Source: Anthoceros angustus (taxonomy: Eukaryota > Plantae > Anthocerotophyta). Taken from it: a DNA stretch of 64,000 nucleotides. This document shows, piece by piece, positions 47,663 through 58,770 of the stretch. The notes below the pieces were generated by a model, which was not told the origin of the DNA, ran no database searches, and saw only the letters and a program-made list of their open reading frames with translations. The position numbers were made by a program, and so were the translations under genes. The stretch spans positions 950,114 to 1,014,113 of the forward strand of contig MU008183.1 in the NCBI GenBank assembly GCA_010909165.1, in the 5' to 3' direction. Every line of letters begins with the position of its first letter. The first letter of the stretch is position 1.

Positions 47663-49974
47663 ATGTGCTCTGGACATGCCCAAATCGTGCTGGCTTGGAG
47701 TGTGTACTTCTCTATCTGGAATAGCCTTCCATTCTTGTGGAACAGCGGACTGAAGGTCGGGTGGAGTTGTTTGTTTGACTATGTCACTGTCACCCTGTAA
47801 TATATATGCATGAGCAGCAAGAGACAGGACACTTCAGACTAGCGTCTGGTTGTGTCGGCATCTTATCAGCATAGGTACTTCAGGTATTGGTGGAGGACTA
47901 TCCTGCGTCACAGTGGGTAGTGTCAACGGATTCCGTATGTAGATTGCAGACTATATGAAGCTAGGGGGGGCCTCTATTACCGAGCTTTCCACAATTTTTA
48001 TGTGACTTCGGTTTGAAGCACCTCTTCCGGGTGACACTTTCTGTAAAACTTTGAAAACATAACAGCTTTCTGCCACTGATTCTGAGAGATGCCCTCGCTC
48101 AGAAGTGAATCAGATGCAGCACTTGGTCTACCTCATCTGATTACGTGGATGTGCACATGGCATCCTGTATCATCGAAGTGTTGGTAAATGGGAGCGCCAC
48201 GATGCCACGGACCTTACAATGGTTGGATTACGCTATGCCAGTGAATGATAATGAAGCTGGGAACACTCAAGGAAAGGTTCTCCCCTCCCCATCTCCAAAA
48301 CAAGGAGGGGCAGCTGGGGACACTCGTGGAAAGCTACCCTCCCCACCACCTCCAAAACAGGATAACGAAGTTAAGAGGGAAAAGCTCCTCTTACTAGCCA
48401 CCTCCATCTTCACTAGCGAGGTTGGAGACGGTCCCCTTGCAGGTAAGCGGAAACAAACGCGGTCCCTTGCAAGTAAGCGAAACAAAGACGGTGGAGGTAA
48501 TACTGTGAAGAAACTTCCTGCTGTGAATTGTCCACTCTAGGTTAGCTCTCTCTTCTCGGCGTGTCTCTACAGCTTGTGATGCTCTCTCCCCGTAGTCCTA
48601 TCACACTCTGCATTACTTCTCGTGTGCTCTAAAGTCTCTGTGTACTTAGATTGTATCACCGCCTCTCTCTCTACGGCTGCGGTGATCAATTACTCTCTTC
48701 CCGCACACACTTTGGACTTCTTTCACAGTCAAGTCATTCCGGCCCTTCACTTCATTACTGCTCCGTCCGTTGTGGAGGGGAATGCGTAAAGGTGCCTTCA
48801 ACGACACTTGAAGCATATAGTCCACCCATGAAGTATGGAAGTCACCCAGAAGTCGGATTATTCTGCGGAACCATCTGGTCTCATGTTTTTTAATCGATTA
48901 CATGGAATACGACTGCTTACTTAATTACACTGGTTTTGTGGCTTTTGTCTAGTTCCAGGCTATACTCGCCGAGGCAAATATCGAGTCTCTAGACTAGCTC
49001 AGGTGGGGCAGGGGCGCACCGGCTATTCTTGGCGTTCCAATCGGGAGGATTCCAATCCCTGGGATATATCCTCTAGTGGCCACACTTATCGTACTGCCGC
49101 CTAGCATAATAGGTTTTGTTCCTTGTTTGACACATTTCTAGTATCCAAGACACAAGCAAACCTCAATGTTAATCACTTCCCAGACAACAGCCACGCCCTG
49201 GCGCCATGCTGCTTCGTCAAAACACCCTTTCGAACTTTCAAGGACACCCTACGACTGTAGATCCACTAGTGGTCTACGATGGTAGGTCAATGTTACCAAT
49301 GTGCGCAAGGAGCTTCCCTACCATCACTCCCTACGACGCCACGCAACTTCACTATCTCGTGATTTTGAGACCTTAGCCGAGCTTCCAGTCTCGTTTGGCG
49401 ACGGATTTGGGACCCTTCCCTTAAGCTTTGACTTGGCCAAGTCAGAGCCTAAGGGAAGGGACCCATGGGGCCCATTCTAATGCTACTCTTTAATCCTCTA
49501 CTCCACAATCTTAACTTTTCACCATCATCAACACTTAACTCAACTCCACACTCAATTCATCATGCCACGATCTAGGCCTCCTAATCTAACTTCAAGGCAA
49601 TCTGGCTTCAACTTGCCTTTATGGCACAATTTCTTGGGGTTCGCCTACAAGCCAGAAAGTTCTTCTTGGGCCGGTTGGAATGGGTTTGCACCAGACTTTG
49701 AGAATTTCCAGAGACTTTTTCTCTGAAACCACCTCTCAAGCCGAAAGTTCCTCAGGCACCACCACGCACCCAAAGCAAAGCAATTACAAAGCAACCATTC
49801 ACAAGAGGAAGCAACTTGCACTGGCATCCACAACGACCAAGTCTACCACCTGCAAGCACTTCGAACATCGCAACCTCCACCCTCCACAACACACAACGCA
49901 CATTCCCATTCCCACAGAGTGCAAAAAAGGATCCTTATTAAGAGTCTCTCATTGGGAACCCCACAAGCCACCGG

Positions 49975-50093
49975 CTGGTCTTTAAACAATTCCCATCTAC
50001 TCCACCCATTACCAGCGCTCATGACAACTACCCTGGTCTTTAAACAATTCCCATCTACTCCACCCATTACCAGCGCTCATGACAACTACCCTG
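49975..50093. repeat. Exact two-copy 58-bp tandem duplication
   Basis: ctggtctttaaacaattcccatctactccacccattaccagcgctcatgacaactacc at 49975 and 50033. Confidence 0.92.
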
Positions 50094-50374
50094 ATTCCCT
50101 CATCTGTCAAATTCCAACATAAACAACAATCTTAGCTGTCCATCGAAATCCTAAGGAATCTCCTCCTTAATTCGGCTCAAAGGCTGCATATAGAAATGTG
50201 CTTCACCATTGCATCAAGGACTCTACATAACATGGACATGATAGTATATATTTGGTTTTAAAATCATAGATTTAATAGGATGAATTATAAATCAACATGA
50301 TTAACTTCTAATGCACCAACGTTTCTTTTGCTAGGTTCTTACAATACATTTCCTTTTGTTTCGGGTGCCATCAA

Positions 50375-50490
50375 CATTGCATTCCATAATTATCCCCCTA
50401 CTTGAGATTTTGTTTCTTTTAAAACAACTTCTTCATTGCATTCCATATCCCCCTACTTGAGATTCTGTTTCTGTTAAAACAACTTCTTCT
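50375..50490. repeat. Two-copy ~57-59 bp tandem duplication
   Basis: ttgcattccata..atcccctacttgagatt(t/c)tgtttct..taaaacaacttcttc occurs twice. Confidence 0.8.
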
Positions 50491-50939
50491 TTGGTTATTG
50501 CTTTATTCCTTTAACATCGAGGAATTGGGAGCCATTTATTTGTTTTGTTGTAATAATATGAAATAACCTTCCAATTGTGCTGTATACTTTTAAAATATTC
50601 AATACATATGATTGCAAAAGAATAGATAGATGTATACATATGATAAGTATATCATATCGTCTGCAGTAATATTAAACACTGATAATGATAATAAAGCCAG
50701 ATCATATCGCATGCATTGATATTAAAGTGAGATTATAACTATATTCGTATGATAATCAATGGTTATACAACACAACATATATATGAAAATCAAATTTTGA
50801 TAGAGACAAATTTTCTTAGCACAATGGCATACAAAGCCATTGTTCTTAAAGTTGAATATGATTTATTATGAGCACACCTTCTGACCTCATCACACATTCT
50901 CTTTTTTAGTAAAATCGATCGTGGATTTAATTCAGAGTA

Positions 50940-51260
50940 GCCCGATAGGGCTTTCACAATATGCGGCCACGTGGGATAGGGTTTTTACAATAGGCAGCCA
51001 CATAGGATAGGGCTTTTTACAACAGGCAGCCTTGCAAGGCTTTTTTTATAATAGGAGACAAGTAACACCCTATCCGAGCAATGATCTGACTCAAGGATGG
51101 TTGACACTGGAATTCTAGTGAACTTTGCTCTTTGCAGGGAGGACAATCACTCCATTTCTCACGGTTTTTCAAAGGTACTAGTGAAGACCCTTTTTCAAAG
51201 GTGGGTCTAGAAGGCTTTTTCAAAGGTAGGTTTAGAAAAGGGGACGATCACAAATTCTCT
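50940..51260. repeat. Short degenerate tandem arrays (~31 bp gatagggc/ttttacaa..ggcagcc; tttttcaaaggt..gt.tagaa)
   Basis: Three to four ~31-bp units at 50942-51060 and three tttttcaaaggt units at ~51165-51235. Confidence 0.55.
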
Positions 51261-51802
51261 CATAGTTTTTCAGACATGCTAGTGAATGCCTTTTTGGAAG
51301 GTGCTGGTGAACGCCTTTTTGATGGAATCCGTTGTGAGGTTACTCATCTCTATTATGGCCAGTATACATGCGTTCCATAAGCAACATAAAGAATAATAAT
51401 AAAATATATTATATTAAAATTAAAATAAATTATAAATTATGAAATACTTCCACCTGTTCTAGTGGTGTTTAAAAGATCGGGGACAACCGACAACAGGGCA
51501 CCAGGCCAAAGGGGGCGTGCCCCCGCACTAATCTACCCGATAACCCCCAATAGCTATCTAACTAGAGATGTGTTAGAAGCACTATAAAATCTAACTTATA
51601 TACTCTAGTAGGGAGGCTATTTACTTAACCTCTTACGCGATTAGCCTTCTATTTGTTTGGCCCTTGGCTTTGTGTCTAATGACATCTAGTAAACCGGAGT
51701 AGCTTATGGTCCTGTCTCTAACGCCAAAGCGAGAGGCAAGCACGCTGAGGAACTGCGTCCGTCCTTGGGCCGTCGTCGTTGGAGGCTCGGAGCTGGGGCT
51801 CA

Positions 51803-53485
51803 ATGGCTTGCGGTGAGGAACCCGGCTGGCCTGGTGATATCGGTGCGGGAGAAGAGGCAGAGGCGGCGTCGCTGCCGGATCAAAGAAAATTGCAACATGT
51901 TCAAGACGCGAATGCAACGGCTACGGATCGCGCGCTTCCGGTTGGCGACGAGGCTGCGCTGCCGTCTATCGAGCAGTGTTCTACATCACACGGGAATTCA
52001 CCACTATCGGCGTCACCAGACTGCGACAGGAATCCCGATGAGGACAAGGGCGTCCGGCTCGAAGGAGCTCCGACTCTCGAGGCCTTGGCAAGGAAGGACG
52101 TGGAAGCGGATCCGGAGAACCGTCTTAGCGAGAACGTGTTGGCGGAGGGTTACGATTTTGGCCAGAACGTCTTGACCGTGGATGATTACCCAGATTGGAA
52201 GGAGTACTTCTTACACGTCGATGAAAGCAATTGGGATCGGTATTCCTTGTTGGAGGGGGATCGGACCGCCTGGGTGGAGAGTGCCACTCTTACGGATTCG
52301 GATGGAGAGGGTTTGCATCGCGCAGAGGATGCAGGAATCGACGGCGATCATGCAGGGCGAGATCCGGATCAGATGCCGCTGGATGCAAACTTTGAGCGGT
52401 ATATCATGGAGCTGGAGGCACTACTTTTCGCTGATGAGGGTTTGCATCGCGGGGAGGATGAAGGAATTGACGGCAATCATGCAGAGCGAGATCCGCATCC
52501 GGGGCTGCTGGCTGCAAACACAGAGCGGGAATTCGAGGCTCCAATTTACGGTGATGAGTTTGGAACGTCACAGGCCGGCTTCGATTCCTCGGCACTTCGG
52601 GAGGAACATGGAGAGGGAAATGAATCTCAAGAGCTAGATCAGTTTCCGGCGCTGCCGGCCACTCCAGAATTGCTGGATGCACAAAGAGAGCGGACAATGG
52701 AGGAGGCACGAGTTTACGGTGATGAGGTTGCAACGTCACAGTCCGGCTTCGAATTCTTGGCACTTCAGGAGGAACATGGAGACGGAAAGGGTTTGGATCC
52801 ATCTCTGCATCAGGAGGTGCAGGCCCCTGCAGAACTGGAGCGGGAACTCGAGGCATCACCCGACGGTGATGAGGTTGCAGAGTCACAGTCCGGCTCCGAA
52901 TTCTCGGCACTCCAGGAGGAACATGGAGATGGGAAGGGCTTGGAGCGACCTCTGCCTCAGTGGCTGGTGGCCGGTGCAGAAGTAGAGCGGGAACCCGAGG
53001 CACCACCTGACGGTGATGAGGTTGCAGAGTCACAGTCCGGCACCGAATTCTCGGCCATTCAGGAGGTGCTGGCCCCTGCAGATCTTGAATTAGAGTGGGA
53101 ACCCGAGGCACTACCTGACGGTGATGAGGTTGCAAGGTCACAGTCCGGATACGAATTCTCGGCACTTCAGGAGGAACATGGAGATCGAGAGGACTTGAAC
53201 TCTGTGGCATCCTCGCCTAAGCGCAAGAGAAGTCCACATAGCTCCGAGCTGGCAAGCCCTCCAAGAACAGGCCGAAGGATCCAATTCACAAACGCTGCCG
53301 AAGCGAGCAGACTTGAACCAGGCGCGGCCGGGGCAGTAGCCGTGGAAGGATCAAGAAGTGACAATCCTCCTCCCGATCGTGGTAGTCCCAAGGGTTTGGA
53401 GAGCAAGGCCACGGCCGACGATCAGGCCCCCGCAGCACCTGCAGGTGAGCACCAGGCCCGGTTCACGGCCGCTGATGATGCTTAG
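51803..53485 (+). CDS. Orphan acidic repeat protein, paralog A (intronless)
   Basis: ~560-aa ORF starting MACGEE, with five GDE(V/F)..SQSG.EF.A.QEEHG repeats and SPKRKR. It is collinear with paralog B, with indels in multiples of 3. Confidence 0.75.
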   Translation: MACGEEPGWPGDIGAGEEAEAASLPDQRKLQHVQDANATATDRALPVGDEAALPSIEQCSTSHGNSPLSASPDCDRNPDEDKGVRLEGAPTLEALARKDVEADPENRLSENVLAEGYDFGQNVLTVDDYPDWKEYFLHVDESNWDRYSLLEGDRTAWVESATLTDSDGEGLHRAEDAGIDGDHAGRDPDQMPLDANFERYIMELEALLFADEGLHRGEDEGIDGNHAERDPHPGLLAANTEREFEAPIYGDEFGTSQAGFDSSALREEHGEGNESQELDQFPALPATPELLDAQRERTMEEARVYGDEVATSQSGFEFLALQEEHGDGKGLDPSLHQEVQAPAELERELEASPDGDEVAESQSGSEFSALQEEHGDGKGLERPLPQWLVAGAEVEREPEAPPDGDEVAESQSGTEFSAIQEVLAPADLELEWEPEALPDGDEVARSQSGYEFSALQEEHGDREDLNSVASSPKRKRSPHSSELASPPRTGRRIQFTNAAEASRLEPGAAGAVAVEGSRSDNPPPDRGSPKGLESKATADDQAPAAPAGEHQARFTAADDA

Positions 53486-54694
53486 AGCGCCGCCAACCAT
53501 TCCGAGCCGGTGGGGGCAAAGTCCAAATGGAAACGATTTCTATTAAGCTTGTCATAAAGAGATGGATAGCAGAAGTCATGGATAGCAGCCGAACAACAGG
53601 AGCAGGAAGAAGATTGACCCATTCATATTTGGTTTCAGCACCGACAGCATCAGAAGGAGAACTATATATTATTGTCCACTTGGACGGAATTTTCTGTATG
53701 GGACTTGTATTTTGACAACTTGTACATGGTGTGTCTAAGCTACTTGCACGAAGGGCATCCACTCCCTTCAGCAAATTCCCGCCAAGGGTTAGATGTTCAG
53801 TCCAAACTCCCCCCCTTTGTAGGAATTCTGGCAGTCTCTGAGTTATTCTTCAATCCGGATGCTTAATAATGACGCTCTTATAAATGTGTTTCCGGCCTGA
53901 GCCATTAGGACACACATAAACGTAAGCATATTGATTCATATTTGGATTGGTTCAGATCCGGATTCGATAATGTTGCCGAAGATGTGGATATTGCTAGTTG
54001 CCGAAGATGTGGATATTGATTCGATAATGTTGCCAAAGATGTGGATATTGCTGGATGTTGTCGAAGATGTAGATATCACTACAGCTACAGATAGTCTAGG
54101 ATGAACCTGTTTTCAAAATGCTCTTCCCGCTATTAGGTCAAACGAGTATCACACTTTTGTATTCTGCCAGAAGTTGTGAAGTGCGTACAATAAAGTGAGA
54201 TCATAAAGAGTCTTTTATGTGCACTAACTTTGGAAAAGCGTGAAGTGCGTACAATAAAGTGAGATCATAAAGAGTCTTTTATGTGCACTACCTTTGGAAA
54301 AGCACCGTAGTATGAAAAAAAGATATTTTTTTATTATAATCAATATTAATAAATTGTAAAAATATTTTTACCCAATATTTTGATTTGGTTGTAGAACCTT
54401 GTGGTCACATCATAACTATGTTCACCAAAAAAAATATAACTCGAGTAGAAGAGTTAAATATACTAAAGACGAATTTCGAAATACTTGGACAACTTGTAGG
54501 ATGGTGAGCCTAAGCTTCTAAGCTTCTACTACCACCAAAGGCATCTACTCCCTCTAGGCACCCCATCTAAGTATCCGATCGAAGGCAGGCGTTCTTATAA
54601 GTGTTTGTCCATTTTGCCTAAGCCGTTTGTTGAATTCGTTGCAGTTGATTAGCAAGAGCGAGAGGGAACGGTGGACGCTGGTAACTGGGGCGCC

Positions 54695-56476
54695 ATGGCT
54701 TGCGGGGAGGAACGCGGCGGGCCTGGTGATATCGGTGCGGGAGAAGAAGCAGAGGCGGCGTCGCCGCCAGATCAAGGCCCATTGCAACATGTTCAAGACG
54801 CGAATGCAACGGCGAAGGATCGCGCGCTTTCGGTTGGCGACGAGGCTGCGCTTCCGTCTATCGATCAGTGCTGTACCTCAGACGTGCATTCATCAGAATC
54901 GAAGTCACCAGACTGCGACAGGAATCCCGGGCAGGACGAGGAATTCCGGCTCGACTTTCTGGACGGACCTCCGAGTCCCGAGAGCTTGCCAGGGAAGGTG
55001 CGGGAGGACGTGGAATCGGTTCCGGAGAACCGTCTCCAGGAGAACATCTTGGCGGAGGATGAAAACTATTCGGAGAACGTCTTGACCGTGGATGATTACC
55101 CGCTTCCGGAGAACGTCTTACATGTCGATGAAAGAAATCCGCATCCGAATGCCCTGGTGGCGGAGAATCGCAAGAATGTCGATCCGGAGACCGCCTCGGT
55201 GGAGGACGCCACTCTTACGGAGTTTTTGCATCGCGTGGAGGATGCAGAAATCGACGGTTCTGCAGAGCGAGACCCGGATAAGGAGCTGCTGGATGCAAAC
55301 ATGGAGCGGAAAATGATGGAGCTCGAGGCACTAGTTTACGGTGATGAGGTTGCAACGCCACCGTCCGGCTTCGAATTCTTGGCATCTCAGGAGGAACATG
55401 GAGATGGAAGGGGCTTGGATGCAGCTCTGCATCAGGAGCAGCGGGGCACTGCACTAATGCGGGATTTTGCGGCACTACTTCACGGTGATGAGGTTGCAGA
55501 GTCACAGTCCGGCTTCGAATTGTCGGCACCCCAGGAGGAACACGGAGATGGAATGGACTTGGATCTATGTCTGCATCAGGCGCTGCCGGCTACAGAACAA
55601 GGGCGGGAACTGGAGGCACGTCTACTTGAGAGTGATGAGTTTGCAAAGTCCGGCTTCGAATTCTTGGCACCTCAGGGGGAACGTGGAGATGGAAAGGGCT
55701 TGAATTTATCTCTGTATCTGGGTCTGCTGACCAGTGCAGAAGTAGAGCGGGAAGTGGAGGCACAAGGTGACGGTGATGAGGTTGCAAGGTCACAGTCCGG
55801 GTGCGAATTCTCGGCACCTCAGGAGGAACGGGGAGATGGAACGGGCTTGGAGCTATCTCTGCGTCATTGGCTGGAGGCCAGTGCACAAGTAGAGCGGGAA
55901 CCCGAGGCACTACCTGGCGGTGATGAGGTTGCAAGTTCACAGTCCGGCTTCGAATTCCCGGAACCTCCGGAGGAACATGGAAAGGGCTTGGATCTAGATC
56001 TGGATCAGGAACTGGAGCGGGAACTCGAGGCATTACCTGACGGCGATGAGGTCTCAGAGTCGCAGCCCGGCTCCGAATTCTCGGCACTTCAGGAGAGACA
56101 TGGAAATAGAGAAGACTTGGATTCTGTGCCAGCCTCGCCTAAGCGCAAGAGAGGGGCGGATAGCGCCGAGGACAAGCCCTCTAAGAACAGGCCGCAGGAT
56201 CCAACAAACGCTGCAGAAGCTACAAGACCTGGATCAGGCGCGGCCAGAGCAGTAGCCGTGGAAGGATCAAGAAGTGACAATCCTTCTCCCAACCGCGGTA
56301 GTCCCAGGGGTTTGGAGAGCGAGGCTAGGGCCGACGTTCAGGACTCAGCAGCGCCATCTCCGCAGCCCGTGAGGGCAGAGTCCAAATGGAAACGATTTTT
56401 ATCGAGATGTTCAGGAAGAGATAGAAACCGAGGAACACGAGCAGGAAGAGAGAGGAACAGGAACAGGAAGAGATAG
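54695..56476 (+). CDS. Orphan acidic repeat protein, paralog B (intronless)
   Basis: ~593-aa ORF starting MACGEE, with six repeats, SPKRKR, SKWKRFL and an R/N-rich basic tail. Confidence 0.78.
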   Translation: MACGEERGGPGDIGAGEEAEAASPPDQGPLQHVQDANATAKDRALSVGDEAALPSIDQCCTSDVHSSESKSPDCDRNPGQDEEFRLDFLDGPPSPESLPGKVREDVESVPENRLQENILAEDENYSENVLTVDDYPLPENVLHVDERNPHPNALVAENRKNVDPETASVEDATLTEFLHRVEDAEIDGSAERDPDKELLDANMERKMMELEALVYGDEVATPPSGFEFLASQEEHGDGRGLDAALHQEQRGTALMRDFAALLHGDEVAESQSGFELSAPQEEHGDGMDLDLCLHQALPATEQGRELEARLLESDEFAKSGFEFLAPQGERGDGKGLNLSLYLGLLTSAEVEREVEAQGDGDEVARSQSGCEFSAPQEERGDGTGLELSLRHWLEASAQVEREPEALPGGDEVASSQSGFEFPEPPEEHGKGLDLDLDQELERELEALPDGDEVSESQPGSEFSALQERHGNREDLDSVPASPKRKRGADSAEDKPSKNRPQDPTNAAEATRPGSGAARAVAVEGSRSDNPSPNRGSPRGLESEARADVQDSAAPSPQPVRAESKWKRFLSRCSGRDRNRGTRAGRERNRNRKR

Positions 56477-56826
56477 AAACCGAGGAACAGGAGCAGGAAC
56501 ATGAGTAGATGAGCAGGTTGAAGCGCTCCGATATGCTTGCAGGGCCGACAGCATTAGCGTGAGCAGATTGGTTCAGATCTGGATCCGGTAACGTTGTGGA
56601 AGATGTAGATATTGCTCCAGCTACAGATAGTCGAGGATGAACCGTCTTCAAAATGCTCCCTGTCGTTCGGGTTTTGTCCGGCTATCAGGGCGGTTCACTT
56701 CAAGCGAGTGCCACAGCTTTGGATTTTGCAAGAGCTGTGAAGTTGTGAAGTGTGAACAGTAAAGTGAGATCACGTTTAACTTAAACAGTCTTTCATATGG
56801 AGTGCACTACCTACATACATACATTC

Positions 56827-58526
56827 CTACGTTGTGGAAGTTGAAGCCTGAGAATATAGCACCTTCCATAATGGTTCCATATCGATGTTACCTCCGGTAA
56901 CAACAATGCCCACCTTCTTACAATCTGCCCACTTCGGTTGCATCTTAAATCCTTCAGACAGGGCAGCTGCCAGGCCAACAGCTCCACTTGGTTCCACGAC
57001 TATCTTCAGTCTCTCGAAGCACATGCGCGTTGCTTCCACGATCTGCCTATCTTGGACAACAAGCACATCATCTACCAGATCTCGGAGAGCTGGCCTGCAC
57101 CCACAATGAAGAAGGCAGACTTTAAGCCAGAGCAGACGGCGAGAACTTCTGGAATGTGTGTGTGAAAGGTCACATGCCATTGGACGTACCAAGTGAGATC
57201 TCCCAACCATGCACGCAGACCATCAGCGATTGTATTTGGTGGTGACTTTATCACTCTCCCTGAGGCCTTGGATTGAGCAGCATCATCTGCCCCTTGGGGC
57301 TCTGCAGCCACAACTTTTATTCCTGGCTTTATAGATTTAGCCCCCAATGCAATCCCAGAAATCAGACCTCCTCCTGCGGTTCCAAAAGCGTTCATCATGG
57401 TCCACTGGAAGACTAACAGAAAGAAAGCACAAAGGATCTACTAGCTTAGAGCCGAAATAACCACAAAGCACATCTGTCAAGTATGACACTACAGCTGTAT
57501 CAACAGATTTGTCAAGTTTGACACTACAGCTATAAGCAGAGCACAGCCGTCTGTCACCAACACGAGCAATTCCTGAGCTTAACAGTCCCTTACCACTCAC
57601 GGGCACAATTATTGCGTCCAGTTCGGGAACTTGCTCCAGAAATTCAAGGGCTACTGTGCCTTGGCCACTGAGAGGCCGGAGAAGGCAGTCAGGATGAGAT
57701 CCATCAATCAGTGCAGGATAACAACAAAATTTGCAAGTCTATCTCTGAGTTGAAGAGAAGCAGTTCGTCTGAAGTGACTGACAGCAGACAACTTTCAACA
57801 GACCCGAAGAGACACTCAACTTACCTGATGACCTTCCCATCGTTGAACGGATGGATCAGGAGAGCGCCTGTCTCCTTCTGTATCCGAGAAGCTTCAGCCT
57901 CCCTGGCCTGAACGTTGGATTCGCAGAAGGTGACATGTCCGCCGTATCTCCTCACGTTCTCAATCTTACAAGCGGGTGCATCCTTCGGTACCACAATATG
58001 AGCAGGAATCCCCCGCAACTGTGCAGCTAGGGCCAGTGCTGCTGCATGATTCCCACTGCCACATCCACGCAGACTGCAGCCATCAGGAAGCCATTGATTG
58101 TGACAACACTCCCACTCATCCCACTCACACTCGCACCAACTCACACCTGCTGTGCGTCACCACGCCCTTCTTCGCAGTCTCCTCATCAAGGGAAAAGACT
58201 GCATTGCAAGCCCCACGGAACTTGAAGGCGCCCCTGCAGTGCCATCAGGATCTGCAGGTTGCTGCGAAAAAGTGATCAGGATAACCTGGTTGCAGCCAAT
58301 GAGGCATCCGCTACTCCACTCACCCCTTCTGGAATATCTCACACTTGAAGAAGAGATTCCGACCAGCAAGGCCGTTCAGTGAAGATGAAGTGAGCACCGG
58401 AGTCGTGTGCGAATATGCCTGGATCCGCATCCGGGCCTCCCGGATCGAGCTCAGATCCGCTGCGTACTGCCCAAAATGCGCTGGTTTGAGCTCCTCGCTG
58501 CCGTCTTGGATCGTGGGTGCTTCCAT
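56827..58526 (-). CDS. SR: Serine racemase (PLP-dependent, fold type II), multi-exon
   Basis: YAADLSSIREARMRI...TPVLTSSSLN..AGRNLFFKCEIFQKG|GAFKFRGACNAV..GVVTHSS|GNHAAALALAA...HPFND..|SGQGTVALEFLEQVPELDAIIVP..GGGLISGIA..AEPQGADDA..TIADGLRA..VVEPSGAVGLAA..GIVVTGGNID. Confidence 0.96.
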
Positions 58527-58770
58527 CGGTGAGAGAATGACTCGAACCGTTACTCTAAGCACCACCTTCTTGAATCCGAGTCCTAGAGAGGCGAGGTTGG
58601 AGAGGAACAGATTCTATCCCCATTCAGTGCCAGGGCAGAAGAAGGGTCGTTTTAGACTGCGGGCCTCTGCTGGGCAGCACATAGGGATCCAGCAACATGT
58701 AGCCAGGAGGGAGCTCGTCTTGTTTCCGCTGCTTCAATTGTGCCTGCCCGCGTTCGCACATGTCCAGGAA

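Noticed and set aside
48600-50100. Possible LINE ORF1 relic (CYQC knuckle-like)
   Set aside because: The knuckle is incomplete and there are no flanking APE/RT motifs.
52404-53210. Long minus-strand repeat ORFs (VTLQPHH...) over both acidic genes
   Set aside because: Antisense by-product of the repeated sense codons.
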